From: a virus
DNA length: 64,000 nt
Direction: 5' to 3' (one strand)
Virus record (IMG/VR): IMGVR_UViG_3300011115_001056
Coordinates: 68,564 to 132,563 of that record
Shown: positions 49,583 through 59,178 of the stretch, piece after piece
Layout: every line of letters starts with the position of its first letter
Numbering within the stretch: the first letter of the stretch is position 1
The notes under the pieces: model-generated
Databases searched by the model: none
What the model saw: only the letters and a program-made list of their open reading frames with translations
What the model was told of the DNA's origin: nothing
Program-made: the position numbers and the translations under genes

Positions 49583-50866
49583 ATGAACAAAAACATACTC
49601 GTATTGGATACCTCCTCAGTAATTAATCATCCAAATATATTTATGCTTCTGGAAGATACAACTTTTATTATTCCAATAGAAGTTCTAGAAGAGCTTGATA
49701 ATGCAAAAGCAAAGAATGATGCAGCCGGCTTTAATGCAAGAAAAGCAAATAGAATGATAGATGAGATTAGAGCAGGAAGAAGTCTAACTGACGGGGTTAC
49801 CTTTGGGAAGAAAAATTTTCTTAAAGTATCAATGGAATCAGACCTTAGTTTGGTTCCATCCGTTTTTTCTCAGAATATTGATTCAAAAATCATATCTGTA
49901 GCTAAAAAATACGAGGAAGAATCACTCTATGTGAAATTAGTTTCGGCAGATATATCTCTTAGGCTTAAGTCAAACTCAATAGGAATAGACTCTGTTTCTG
50001 ATGATGAACTCCTCTTCGGTAAAGAAGACCTTCTTTACTCTGGATGCAAGGTAATTAATACCGAACCAGAGAATATAGCAGACTTCTATAGGGATGGTTA
50101 TGTTAGCCATACTAGAGTAGACCTTTATCCAAATCAGGCCGTGATTCTAAAGTCAGGTGATAGCTCTAGCGCAATAGGAGTAGTTAAGGGAAGTAAGATT
50201 GTAAAGCTGAGAGCTGACAAGAAAGAATCCTCTATTATGGGTATATCTCCAAAAAATAAAGAACAAAGATTTGCTATGGAATATCTGTTAGATCAGGATA
50301 TTCCAATGGTTACTATAGCTGGTGTAGCCGGAACTGGAAAAACTATGTTTGCAGCAATTGCGGCAATGCATATGCTTGATAAAGGAATGTATGATAAATT
50401 AGTTATCTGTCGTCCTGCAGTCAGTGTATCGGCCGGAATAGGATTTCTTCCTGGCACAAAGCTAGAAAAACTTCAGCCTTGGATTCAGCCAATCTTTGAT
50501 AACTTAAAACATATTATGAAATGCAGCGATATGTACCTAAACCTTCTTATTGAAAAAGGAAAGATTGAAGTCGAATCACTTTCCTATATCAGAGGAAGAA
50601 CATTTCCAAATACAATTATGATCATTGATGAGGCACAAAACTCTACTCCCTCAGAGATGAAGGCTGTAATCACAAGAATGGGAGAAAAATCAAAGCTAGT
50701 TATCACCGGAGATTTGGAACAGATCGATTCCCCAAAAATTGATATTTATAGTTCTGGGTTATCTACTGTAGTTAATAAGTTTAAGCAGACCGAACTATCC
50801 GCCCATATTACACTTCAGAAAACAGAAAGATCTGAATTAGCAGCCCTCGCTGCAAAATTACTCTAA
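49583..50866 (+). CDS. phoH: PIN-domain PhoH family protein (PhoH2/YlaK-like)
   Basis: PIN motifs VLDTS, VLEELD and LVSAD..LR; PhoH motifs GVAGTGKT, IGFLPG, IRGRTF, DEAQN, TRMGE and GD..QID. Confidence 0.92.
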   Translation: MNKNILVLDTSSVINHPNIFMLLEDTTFIIPIEVLEELDNAKAKNDAAGFNARKANRMIDEIRAGRSLTDGVTFGKKNFLKVSMESDLSLVPSVFSQNIDSKIISVAKKYEEESLYVKLVSADISLRLKSNSIGIDSVSDDELLFGKEDLLYSGCKVINTEPENIADFYRDGYVSHTRVDLYPNQAVILKSGDSSSAIGVVKGSKIVKLRADKKESSIMGISPKNKEQRFAMEYLLDQDIPMVTIAGVAGTGKTMFAAIAAMHMLDKGMYDKLVICRPAVSVSAGIGFLPGTKLEKLQPWIQPIFDNLKHIMKCSDMYLNLLIEKGKIEVESLSYIRGRTFPNTIMIIDEAQNSTPSEMKAVITRMGEKSKLVITGDLEQIDSPKIDIYSSGLSTVVNKFKQTELSAHITLQKTERSELAALAAKLL

Positions 50867-50895
50867 ACTTTCTATAAAAATAGTATCATCAAAAT

Positions 50896-51096
50896 ATGAA
50901 GATACTATTTGGAAATCAAGAATACCTAGACTTAAAGCTCTCTTCCAAAGAAGACTTTGTAGTGCTAACTACAAAGACAAAATGGGATGAGGGCTCTTTT
51001 GCTATGTCTTCAGTAAATTTAACTGAGGAGCAAATTGACAAATTAATTGCTGAGTTAATTCAGCTAAAGACAAAAGTAAGAAATGTCAAAGTTTAG
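50896..51096 (+). CDS. Hypothetical protein
   Basis: 66 aa, preceded by a GTATCAT box. Confidence 0.5.
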   Translation: MKILFGNQEYLDLKLSSKEDFVVLTTKTKWDEGSFAMSSVNLTEEQIDKLIAELIQLKTKVRNVKV

Positions 51097-51601
51097 CTGC
51101 AAAGAATCTTGTAAAAAAACAAAACAACTAAGAGAGAGCAGTCTTTGTACTGGACTGTGTGAAAATATTGGAGGAAAGTTAGTTTTTGATTGCGAGGCAT
51201 CAATGAAAAGCCTCTCTATGGAATCCAATAATTTTTTAACCTGCCATTTTTGGGACATGGGAATAAAGGACAACTGTCAAGTCTGTCCACTCGGATGTCC
51301 AGAAAATAAAAACCCGACCGTATTGAGGGCAAAATCTGCAATTAAAAATGTTTCTAGTATAATGGAATCTCTTGGTCCCATCATTCAAATGAGCGGTATA
51401 GATCCTGCTACTGTAAAAAAAGCATATGACACAATGAACTCTGCAGACATAAATACTAATACTTCTACAGAAGTAGAAGAGACAATAAGGCTAACTAATT
51501 ATGCCAGAGACGTTATGAATACTGTAATGTCTGGCGGAACAATTAATATAGTTGAATTTAAAAGAATAAAAGAAGAGATAGAAAAAAAATATAAAAAATG
51601 A
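51083..51601 (+). CDS. Hypothetical Cys-rich protein
   Basis: Nine Cys in the N-terminal ~75 aa. Confidence 0.5.
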   Translation: MSKFSCKESCKKTKQLRESSLCTGLCENIGGKLVFDCEASMKSLSMESNNFLTCHFWDMGIKDNCQVCPLGCPENKNPTVLRAKSAIKNVSSIMESLGPIIQMSGIDPATVKKAYDTMNSADINTNTSTEVEETIRLTNYARDVMNTVMSGGTINIVEFKRIKEEIEKKYKK

Positions 51602-51608
51602 GGATTGT

Positions 51609-51785
51609 ATGGCTTGTGGATGTAATAAATCAAAATCAATGACTACAGTAAATTCTACTACAAAAAAGGTTGACACTTCTGCTGCCCAAAGAAAAGTGGC
51701 TCAGAATCTTCCTCTTGTTACAGTAAAGAAGCCACTAACAACCACAATTCCTGCAGCAAAAAGTATAAGTAAGAGGCAGAAATGA
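51609..51785 (+). CDS. Small basic protein starting MACGCNK (58 aa; not in the ORF track)
   Basis: Own translation: MACGCNKSKSMTTVNSTTKKVDTSAAQRKVAQNLPLVTVKKPLTTTIPAAKSISKRQK. SD GAGGA, and the stop overlaps the next ATG (ATGA). Confidence 0.6.
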   Translation: MACGCNKSKSMTTVNSTTKKVDTSAAQRKVAQNLPLVTVKKPLTTTIPAAKSISKRQK

Positions 51786-52150
51786 TTTCATATATAAAGG
51801 AAATAAGAGGCATAACTCCAGGCACAATCACAACTGCAGGGCTAACTATTGAAGTCGATATGGGTAGCTATGGCACTCCGACAGGAATAGAGATTGTTAG
51901 GGTGACTGTAAAACAAACTGCAGGATCCGCACCACATTTTATATTCTCTGTAGGAAATAAAGCAGGATTTGCAACTGGAACTGTTCATGAAAAATATCTT
52001 AGTGGTTCTACTGATACTACAGGTATACTTGATGAGTCAGACGTTGCAGCATTTTGTATGACAAGCGACTCTGGAAAGCTTTATATCAGGTTTCTACCAG
52101 ATGCCGGATCAGATAATGTTTATATGTATTCGGTAATGTACAGACGCTAG
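51782..52150 (+). CDS. Hypothetical protein (beta-rich, possibly virion)
   Basis: 122 aa with ATGA overlap. Confidence 0.5.
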   Translation: MISYIKEIRGITPGTITTAGLTIEVDMGSYGTPTGIEIVRVTVKQTAGSAPHFIFSVGNKAGFATGTVHEKYLSGSTDTTGILDESDVAAFCMTSDSGKLYIRFLPDAGSDNVYMYSVMYRR

Positions 52151-52153
52151 CCT

Positions 52154-52552
52154 ATGGCAATTAAGAAGTCAGAACTTCTGAAACTGGTTGATTGGGCAGA
52201 GGCTCTTGGCTACGAAGTCTTCTTTGATAAGACTGGCGGAAATAACATTTGTTTTAAAACAAAAACAATTGAGATTTCTTCAAAAGTAAAAATTGAAGAG
52301 AGGATATATATTCTCTCTCATGAGTGTGGACATATATTAACTAATAAAAAAAAAGGCTTGCCACACGTAAAGGCAAGCTCTAATGATAAAAAAAAGATCA
52401 ATAGACTTTGGGAAGAAATGATGTCTTGGGTAGAGGCACGAAAGATATTGATTGAGTTACAAATTGATTTTAATGAGAAAAGATTCTCTGCTTATGCCGC
52501 CAAGTGTTTGGCTAATTACCTTTACGCATTTGCAACAGAAGAGGAAATTTAA
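52154..52552 (+). CDS. HExxH metallopeptidase-like protein (ImmA/IrrE-like)
   Basis: ILSHECGH followed by a downstream EE..SW..A. Confidence 0.55.
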   Translation: MAIKKSELLKLVDWAEALGYEVFFDKTGGNNICFKTKTIEISSKVKIEERIYILSHECGHILTNKKKGLPHVKASSNDKKKINRLWEEMMSWVEARKILIELQIDFNEKRFSAYAAKCLANYLYAFATEEEI

Positions 52553-52782
52553 GCCTCTGCTATTTCAGTCATATAATTTATAAAGTCAGTATCATCAACA
52601 GTTTCAAAGTCATTTTCCAGCTTAACAATATTCTTATGCTTCATAAACTTGGCAATAAGTTTAGACATCTCTAGCATAACTTTGTCTTTCTCTGATTCTT
52701 CTACCATGATGGTTCCTGAGATTGCAAATTCTATATAGATTTTGTGCAAGAGGCCTCCGATAAAATATGAAATTATATTCAT
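52549..52782 (-). CDS. Hypothetical protein
   Basis: 77 aa ORF filling the gap, divergent from dut. Confidence 0.45.
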   Translation of the reverse strand: MNIISYFIGGLLHKIYIEFAISGTIMVEESEKDKVMLEMSKLIAKFMKHKNIVKLENDFETVDDTDFINYMTEIAEA

Positions 52783-52823
52783 AGTTCTCTGTTCGGAGGG
52801 GTATCATAGGATGCGAGGTTTAA

Positions 52824-53354
52824 ATGAGCACAAAGAGTTTTGGTACAAAAATAAAGAGAATTAGCGAGAAGGCAGAGATCCCCACTAAGGGCCACCCATC
52901 AGATTCGGGATGGGATCTAACAGTGATCGGAGTTGATAAGATCAAGGGAGATACAATATTCTTTAAGACTGGACTGCAGGTAAGGCCGCCGGCAGGTCAT
53001 TACTTTGAGATTTATCCAAGAAGTTCTATTGCACCACTTCCTCTCATGCTTGCTAACTCAGTCGGAATTATTGACGAAAATTTTTCCGGCGAGCTGATTG
53101 TCGCTATCAGAGTTCTTCATTCTGAGATGGGTCTTTCAAATGAAAGAACCTCATTCCCATCGGGGATGATTAATGCTCTTGACGCCCGACCATCATCAAT
53201 CACAGAGGTTGCGAACCTAATTCTTGGAAAGAAGCCAAAGATTGCCCAAATGATTCTTAGAAAGAGATTGGACACTACCTTTGAGGAGGTTGAAAATCTT
53301 GAGGAGACAGACCGAGGCTCTGGAGGATTTGGAAGTACAGATTCTAAAAAATAG
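52824..53354 (+). CDS. dut: Trimeric dUTPase
   Basis: SGWDL, PRSS, GIIDENFSGEL, IAQMI and RGSGGFGST motifs. Confidence 0.93.
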   Translation: MSTKSFGTKIKRISEKAEIPTKGHPSDSGWDLTVIGVDKIKGDTIFFKTGLQVRPPAGHYFEIYPRSSIAPLPLMLANSVGIIDENFSGELIVAIRVLHSEMGLSNERTSFPSGMINALDARPSSITEVANLILGKKPKIAQMILRKRLDTTFEEVENLEETDRGSGGFGSTDSKK

Positions 53355-53360
53355 TTAATT

Positions 53361-53390
53361 AAGACCCTGGGAAACCGGGGTCTTTTAATT
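53361..53390 (+). terminator. Rho-independent terminator after dut
   Basis: AAGACCCTGG-GAAA-CCGGGGTCTT followed by TTAATTT; 10 bp stem with one G-U pair and a GNRA loop. Confidence 0.8.
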
Positions 53391-53423
53391 TCTGCTATTA
53401 TTTTTTACATAAAAGAGGCCGAA

Positions 53424-53819
53424 ATGTTTGGAGAACAGGATTGTGATTGCGGTATTTGTAACTATTGTAATGGAATGGGAGATGACACCATAATGATTGG
53501 TGATGACTCCGATGTTATAAATATAAAGATTTTAGATCCTGCTAAAAATAAAATGCTAGAGGATCTATCAACTGCATTAATACCAATTGATCCCCAAGAG
53601 GTTGTTATATTGAGTAACTTAAAGATAAGCTCCGGTATAATAAAGATTGCCGCTAAGCACAAGCCAAACAACCCTAAGCTTTGGGCAAAATGCCTAGCAG
53701 ATGCAAGAGGTAGATTTAAAGTCTGCCCAAGTGCTTATTGTAATGCGTTTGCAGCAAAGACTTATAAAAAGAAGGGTGGAACCTGGAAAACTGTGAAGCC
53801 AAAGAAGGGAGATAAATAA
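53424..53819 (+). CDS. Hypothetical protein with a basic PSAY...YKKKGGTW domain
   Basis: C-terminal KPNNPKLW...KVCPSAYCNA...YKKKGGTWK, a motif recalled from virus proteins. Confidence 0.55.
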   Translation: MFGEQDCDCGICNYCNGMGDDTIMIGDDSDVINIKILDPAKNKMLEDLSTALIPIDPQEVVILSNLKISSGIIKIAAKHKPNNPKLWAKCLADARGRFKVCPSAYCNAFAAKTYKKKGGTWKTVKPKKGDK

Positions 53820-55858
53820 TGTCAACAATCAGACCAAGAAAACCAGCAATATCTCCGGGTGGTGCAGCGGGTGGAGATCTTTTTGGAGAATATCCAAATC
53901 CTGAAGTCTACGGACTTGAAGGATACCCAATGGAACCTCCTCCACCCTCAAATGGCGATACCATCACTTTTAATGCCGCCTTACAGATGTGGGAGCATAA
54001 TCCCCCAATATCAACCGGAGGAAGCCCAATTGGCCCCGCTGGAGGAGATCTTTCTGGCTCTTATCCGGATCCAACCGTTGCTCAGTTATTAGGTAGACCA
54101 ATGATTAACTCAGCACCATCCACAGGCAACTCGCTTGTTTGGAATGGAACTCAATGGGCTCCTGCTACACCCGGAGCAACAGGCTCTGCGGGCGGAGATT
54201 TAACTGGATCTTATCCAAACCCAACCCTTGCCGCTGTAGGTTCTGCGGCAACATACGGAAGTGCATCTCAAGTTGCGGTGGTTACAACAGATTCCAAGGG
54301 AAGAGTCTCATCTGCATCAAATACTTCTATTCAGATTACAGAAACCCAGGTAACGAATCTGACAACCCACCTCGGAGATAAGGCAGATAAAACCACAACA
54401 GTCTCCGCAGGAACGGGCCTTTCTGGTGGTGGAGATCTTTCTGCAAATAGAACAATCTCAATGCCAAATGTGGGAACCGCAGCAACATATGGTTCATCCA
54501 CAGTAATTCCGGTAATCACTACCGATGCTCAGGGTAGAGTCTCTGGAGTTACGGCTACCGCACTTAGCACCTCTCTAAGCTCTGCAGCATTTCCAAGGAT
54601 GGGAAATGTTATTATTGTTGACCAGATAAATGGAAATGATTCAACCGGAGTAATAAATGGTCTTTCATTTCAGACAATAAATGCAGCAATAACTTATCTT
54701 AATGTAATTATAGCATCACCGGGTATTCCGGCAGGAGGCGTGACAATATGGGTTATGCCAGGGGTTTATTCACTATCAGCCGGAATAACAATACCTGACA
54801 CATGCTCAATTCGTGGTATTAGTACTCAAACAACCACAATACGGTTAACAACATCTGTAACTGCAACTCTATTGACCATGGGTGAGAACACAAGAATAGA
54901 AGATGTGACACTATCATTAATAAGTACCAATGATACTGCAAATCTTATAGGAGTAAGTCTTCCAGGCACAACGATGGCAACATCTAAGATCAGAGGTTGC
55001 GTACTTACCGTAAATAATAGTACAGTTTCTGTCGGATCTACTACAACGGTAACCGGAATACTATCATCTGGAACCTCTTCATTACTGCCAAATAGTTTCG
55101 TAGCCACACTGACTAGAGCAGTTACTATAAATGTTCTTAGTAATGGATCTGGTAACAAAAGAGGAGTATTGGTAAACGCCGCAAATATAGTTTCTCTCAG
55201 AGATACTCAAATCTATGTTGCCATACCATCCAACGTAGCTTCAACAGGCTCTTATGTTGGAGCCGAAACTACAAACAACCTTGCTAAAATATCCCTAGTA
55301 GGATGCTCTGTTTATGGGCCAAGTTCTGTAGCCCTTGCATATTCTGGATCTGATATTCTTCAAACTCTGCCGGTAGAGCGAGACTCATACGGTATTAATA
55401 TTGGCCCCGGAACAGACCTTATAAATAGAAATGCAGGAGATTTACCATTTGAATTGACGACAACTCCTGCCATAGTTCCATTTGCCATAAATGCTCAACT
55501 CTTAGCGCCGGGTGGGACGGGAAGGTGGCTTTGGCCGGGTACTCTGCCAACTGGTGGCGACACAACTCCTGTATTTTTCAGATTTGATAGAAAGATTATT
55601 GTTCAAGGTATGTCTGTAAATATGAGGATTGCACCAGGAGTAGGAAATAATGTAGTATTTACAATGTATAAGAGTACTCTTGGAACACTAGCGACAGCAA
55701 CAGCAACTGCAATGACTATTACAATATCAAACGCCAATACATCTGGAGTAAATCTTAACTCATCGATAGCGATAAAAGCAGGAGAATATATAGCCATTCG
55801 TGCAGATAGAAGCGCATCCGGAGCTGAGGATATTTTCGTACAGGTTGATTTTTACTAA
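53819..55858 (+). CDS. Tail fibre/spike-like protein with AGGDLxGxYPxP repeats and a beta-helix-like region
   Basis: Three AGGDLxGxYP(N/D)P repeats, two TYGS...TTDxxGRVS repeats, and GNDSTG...FQTINAAI...PGVY typical of pectin-lyase-like starts. Confidence 0.7.
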   Translation: MSTIRPRKPAISPGGAAGGDLFGEYPNPEVYGLEGYPMEPPPPSNGDTITFNAALQMWEHNPPISTGGSPIGPAGGDLSGSYPDPTVAQLLGRPMINSAPSTGNSLVWNGTQWAPATPGATGSAGGDLTGSYPNPTLAAVGSAATYGSASQVAVVTTDSKGRVSSASNTSIQITETQVTNLTTHLGDKADKTTTVSAGTGLSGGGDLSANRTISMPNVGTAATYGSSTVIPVITTDAQGRVSGVTATALSTSLSSAAFPRMGNVIIVDQINGNDSTGVINGLSFQTINAAITYLNVIIASPGIPAGGVTIWVMPGVYSLSAGITIPDTCSIRGISTQTTTIRLTTSVTATLLTMGENTRIEDVTLSLISTNDTANLIGVSLPGTTMATSKIRGCVLTVNNSTVSVGSTTTVTGILSSGTSSLLPNSFVATLTRAVTINVLSNGSGNKRGVLVNAANIVSLRDTQIYVAIPSNVASTGSYVGAETTNNLAKISLVGCSVYGPSSVALAYSGSDILQTLPVERDSYGINIGPGTDLINRNAGDLPFELTTTPAIVPFAINAQLLAPGGTGRWLWPGTLPTGGDTTPVFFRFDRKIIVQGMSVNMRIAPGVGNNVVFTMYKSTLGTLATATATAMTITISNANTSGVNLNSSIAIKAGEYIAIRADRSASGAEDIFVQVDFY

Positions 55859-56418
55859 TGAACAAAGAATCCGATCTAAAGAGATGGTTTAAAGAAAAGT
55901 GGGTGGATATATCCAAAAAGGACGAATCAGGTAAGCACCCAGAGTGCGGCAGATCCGATGCTGATAAGGGAGCTTATCCAAAGTGTCGCCCATCAAAGAA
56001 AGTTTCAAAGGAAACTCCTACTACTTCAAAATCTCTATCAAAGAGAGACAAAAAGAAAGCTGTATCAATAAAAAGAAGAAAAGAAAGTGCCGCACCAGAC
56101 GAATCGGCCGGTGGATCAGCTAGAAAGCCAAAGTATACTAAGTTATCTGGAGAAAATATGTCAAGATCTATTTCAAAAAGAGCGGGCGAACAAGAGCATG
56201 ATGGCGAGCAAATGTACATGGTAAAGAAGAATTTATTTACTATGGCAAAAGAAGCTGGAGAGCTTTATCATGCTGCAGAGGGGATGGGAAAAATTCCAGA
56301 ATGGTGCCAAGAGAAACTTGCAGTAGCTGCCGCAGACTTAGATGCAGTCTTTGAATATCTTATGTATGATATGGAGTCTGGAGAATCATCTGAAAGCTCA
56401 GAAGATGATCCTGATTGA
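55858..56418 (+). CDS. Hypothetical phage protein (LKRWFKEKWVDI domain plus PEWCQEKL domain)
   Basis: LKRWFKEKWVDI...CGRS...YPKCRP; C-terminal IPEWCQEKLAVA...V.EYL.Y resembles a domain common in myoviruses. Confidence 0.6.
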   Translation: MNKESDLKRWFKEKWVDISKKDESGKHPECGRSDADKGAYPKCRPSKKVSKETPTTSKSLSKRDKKKAVSIKRRKESAAPDESAGGSARKPKYTKLSGENMSRSISKRAGEQEHDGEQMYMVKKNLFTMAKEAGELYHAAEGMGKIPEWCQEKLAVAAADLDAVFEYLMYDMESGESSESSEDDPD

Positions 56419-56483
56419 AGAGGTGATGGCAATATATAAATGAAGATTCTATTTATATTTAAATAGTAATTGCAGGAATAAGA

Positions 56484-57728
56484 ATGACAACAGCTAGACC
56501 AACAAAACCCAATAATGGATCCACCATAACCTATGGTTTTGTGGAGGGTACTGCCTTAGAGGGGGACACTAGAGCTATTGACATTGGTGGTGCTTCACTA
56601 ACACCTAGCTATGTAGTGCTTGCATTAGATGCGAACTTAACAAATGAGAGAGTTTTTATTGCAGGAACTGCGCTAACTGTTGTTGATGGCGGGGCCGGAA
56701 GTAATTTAACCTTAAATCTTGATGATACTGCAGTAACTCCCGGATCATATACGAGTACAAATATAACTGTTGACGCACAGGGAAGAATAACTTCTGCTGC
56801 CAACGGATCATCGCCGGCCTCTGGTTGGACAGACGGTGGTTCTACAGTATATACTACAACCTCATCGGACGTTGTCGCAATAGGAGGAAGTACACCGGAG
56901 CCAGCAAGAAAGCTTTCAATTATAAATGATGCAACATATGCAGGCATAAGAGTACTAACAAACTCATCAACTCAAAATATATTAGATACACAGAGTACAA
57001 ACGGTGCTTCTCCAGATGATATAGCATCAAGATTCAGTGTAACAGGTGAAGGCTCAGTTGTATGGGGGCCTGGCTCTGCAGTCGCTGACTTGAGAATGAG
57101 GAGACACTCAGTAAATGCTTCAACACTAGTTATAGATGCTAACGGTGTTGGTGGGGCCACCGTAGTCCCGGCTACAGATGGTTCGGGCTCTTTCGGAACC
57201 TCATTATTAAGATGGTCTGATATTATTGCAAATACACACAGAGTATTTCCATCTGCCGGTGCCACAAATGCTTCGGCATCACTTTCATCTGGCGCATTGA
57301 AATTGGGAGTCGGAGCATCTACCGCTCTTGACACTCAGATTTCAAGAACTGCATCAAATACGCTTACCATTGATAACAACGCCTCTGGTGCAGCAAATCT
57401 GATTCTTACTGGAAACTTTCAATCACAAGGATCTATTTTCCTAAAGACAGTATCAAAAGTTTTTGCAGATAGTCCATATTCAGTTGCAGCTTCAGATAAT
57501 ATAATATTTTGCAATGCTACCGGCGGAAGCATGACAGTCACACTACCAAGTGCAGTCACATTTGCAAGCAGAACGCTTACAGTAAAAAGAACAAACACAA
57601 CAGCAAACACAGTTACAGTCGGATCTGCAGCAGGAACTATAGATGGCGCTGCCACCTATATAATTCCAGGCGGAACCTTAAACTCTATTACCGTCGTCTC
57701 TGACGGAACTAATTGGTACTTAATATAA
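56484..57728 (+). CDS. Tail fibre-like protein
   Basis: Gly/Ser/Thr-rich; TPGSYT..NITVDAQGRITSAANG; C-terminal TVTLPSA...TIDG...VVSDGTNW. Confidence 0.7.
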   Translation: MTTARPTKPNNGSTITYGFVEGTALEGDTRAIDIGGASLTPSYVVLALDANLTNERVFIAGTALTVVDGGAGSNLTLNLDDTAVTPGSYTSTNITVDAQGRITSAANGSSPASGWTDGGSTVYTTTSSDVVAIGGSTPEPARKLSIINDATYAGIRVLTNSSTQNILDTQSTNGASPDDIASRFSVTGEGSVVWGPGSAVADLRMRRHSVNASTLVIDANGVGGATVVPATDGSGSFGTSLLRWSDIIANTHRVFPSAGATNASASLSSGALKLGVGASTALDTQISRTASNTLTIDNNASGAANLILTGNFQSQGSIFLKTVSKVFADSPYSVAASDNIIFCNATGGSMTVTLPSAVTFASRTLTVKRTNTTANTVTVGSAAGTIDGAATYIIPGGTLNSITVVSDGTNWYLI

Positions 57729-58189
57729 TGTCATATACCTTACCACCATCAGTAACAAAAGCGGGCGCACCAACATCATCAGATGACTCAACAAAAGGCT
57801 ACGTTGTTGGTTCTTCAATAATAGACACTACTGCATCACCAAGAGCAGTATATTTTTGCACCAATCCAGCTTCTGGTGCAGCAGTTTGGGCGGCAGCAAG
57901 TGCAATAACAAATCACAGTCTTTTAACATCTGGCCTTGGGTGGAGTGCATCAGGACACACAGGATCTACAACTTCAATTGCAGGATTTAATGGTGCAGGA
58001 GCAGCACAGACAATTCAGTCAACTGAAGATGGACAGGTTCTAAGCAGAGTTGGCGGGGTACTTCAGTTTGTGGTTATGACTGCAGCCTTAGGATTTGTTG
58101 CAGGAAGAGCATATGAAATAGAACAAATTTTTAGTTCAAATTTTCCAACAGTAGAAACAATATCAGTTGACGGAGGCTCGTTCGCGTAA
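57728..58189 (+). CDS. Tail-associated protein
   Basis: TAATG overlap puts the start at 57728; APTSSDDSTKGYVVGS...YFC...SGAAVW motif of phage fibre proteins. Confidence 0.55.
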   Translation: MSYTLPPSVTKAGAPTSSDDSTKGYVVGSSIIDTTASPRAVYFCTNPASGAAVWAAASAITNHSLLTSGLGWSASGHTGSTTSIAGFNGAGAAQTIQSTEDGQVLSRVGGVLQFVVMTAALGFVAGRAYEIEQIFSSNFPTVETISVDGGSFA

Positions 58190-59178
58190 TGGCATTATCA
58201 ACTTTAAATTGGAAGCTTCTTCCACCACAGGTAGTTACAGTAAATAATGTAAACTCAATACTTGATAATTTTTATACAATGTGTACATCAATTACTTATG
58301 CAGATGGTTCAACAAGAACTCCTGGGTCCGGGTCTGCTTGGACATGGGGTAGGGATACTACTAATGCATTTCAAACTGGAGTTACAACAGCCTTATATGG
58401 AACTCCGCCAGTAGATGCGATAGGACACAGGGTATGTATGGCGGCTAGCACGGTTGCTGGCCCTCCAACATCAAAACAATTTATTGATACTTATGCTGCA
58501 AATACTGTTATGATTGGAACTGCAAAAAACTCTGGTACTTATGGAAACTGGACAAATGCGACAACTCCATTTACAACTGGTGACTTTACAGGATTTGTTC
58601 ATGCCGGAAGAGGTACTGTTGCCGTTACAATATCTACAGTTTATATGTGGGAGTCACAGGAATGCATAGCCATTCAAATGGTACATAGTACTGGCAGCCT
58701 ATCAGAAGCATGGGCCGGGGCATTCATAGATCCTCTATCTGCAAATGCTTTAAATGCCGAATCAGATGGAAGGCTATATGGAGTAATGACAACTGGCTCA
58801 TCAGCCATTGCGTCAGCAGCAAGAAACACCAATGCGGCAGCCGCTGGATTTTGGCATAATGTTGGGTCTGGTGCTGCACATTGCGGAGTATTTGTTCCAG
58901 GATCTGCAACAGTGCAAACTACCTTTAAAGGCGCAGTAGGTACAAATACCACCATTATTAGCTCAAACTTTACTGCAAAGAATGGAGATATACCAAGACT
59001 GCCAATCCCAATGGCATATCAAATCTCTCCATATTTTGCTGGGCAACTAAGGCAAATATACATGACAAGAAACGCAGCATCAACAGGATTGACTTGGAGC
59101 ATAAGTGGTACTCCTCAGGGATACATCTTAACAAGCTCTTCGGTTGGATCAGCTGAAGCATATGTGGTGACAGTATGA
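58189..59178 (+). CDS. Putative virion structural protein
   Basis: 329 aa, Thr/Gly/Ser-rich, translationally coupled to the fibre genes. Confidence 0.5.
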   Translation: MALSTLNWKLLPPQVVTVNNVNSILDNFYTMCTSITYADGSTRTPGSGSAWTWGRDTTNAFQTGVTTALYGTPPVDAIGHRVCMAASTVAGPPTSKQFIDTYAANTVMIGTAKNSGTYGNWTNATTPFTTGDFTGFVHAGRGTVAVTISTVYMWESQECIAIQMVHSTGSLSEAWAGAFIDPLSANALNAESDGRLYGVMTTGSSAIASAARNTNAAAAGFWHNVGSGAAHCGVFVPGSATVQTTFKGAVGTNTTIISSNFTAKNGDIPRLPIPMAYQISPYFAGQLRQIYMTRNAASTGLTWSISGTPQGYILTSSSVGSAEAYVVTV

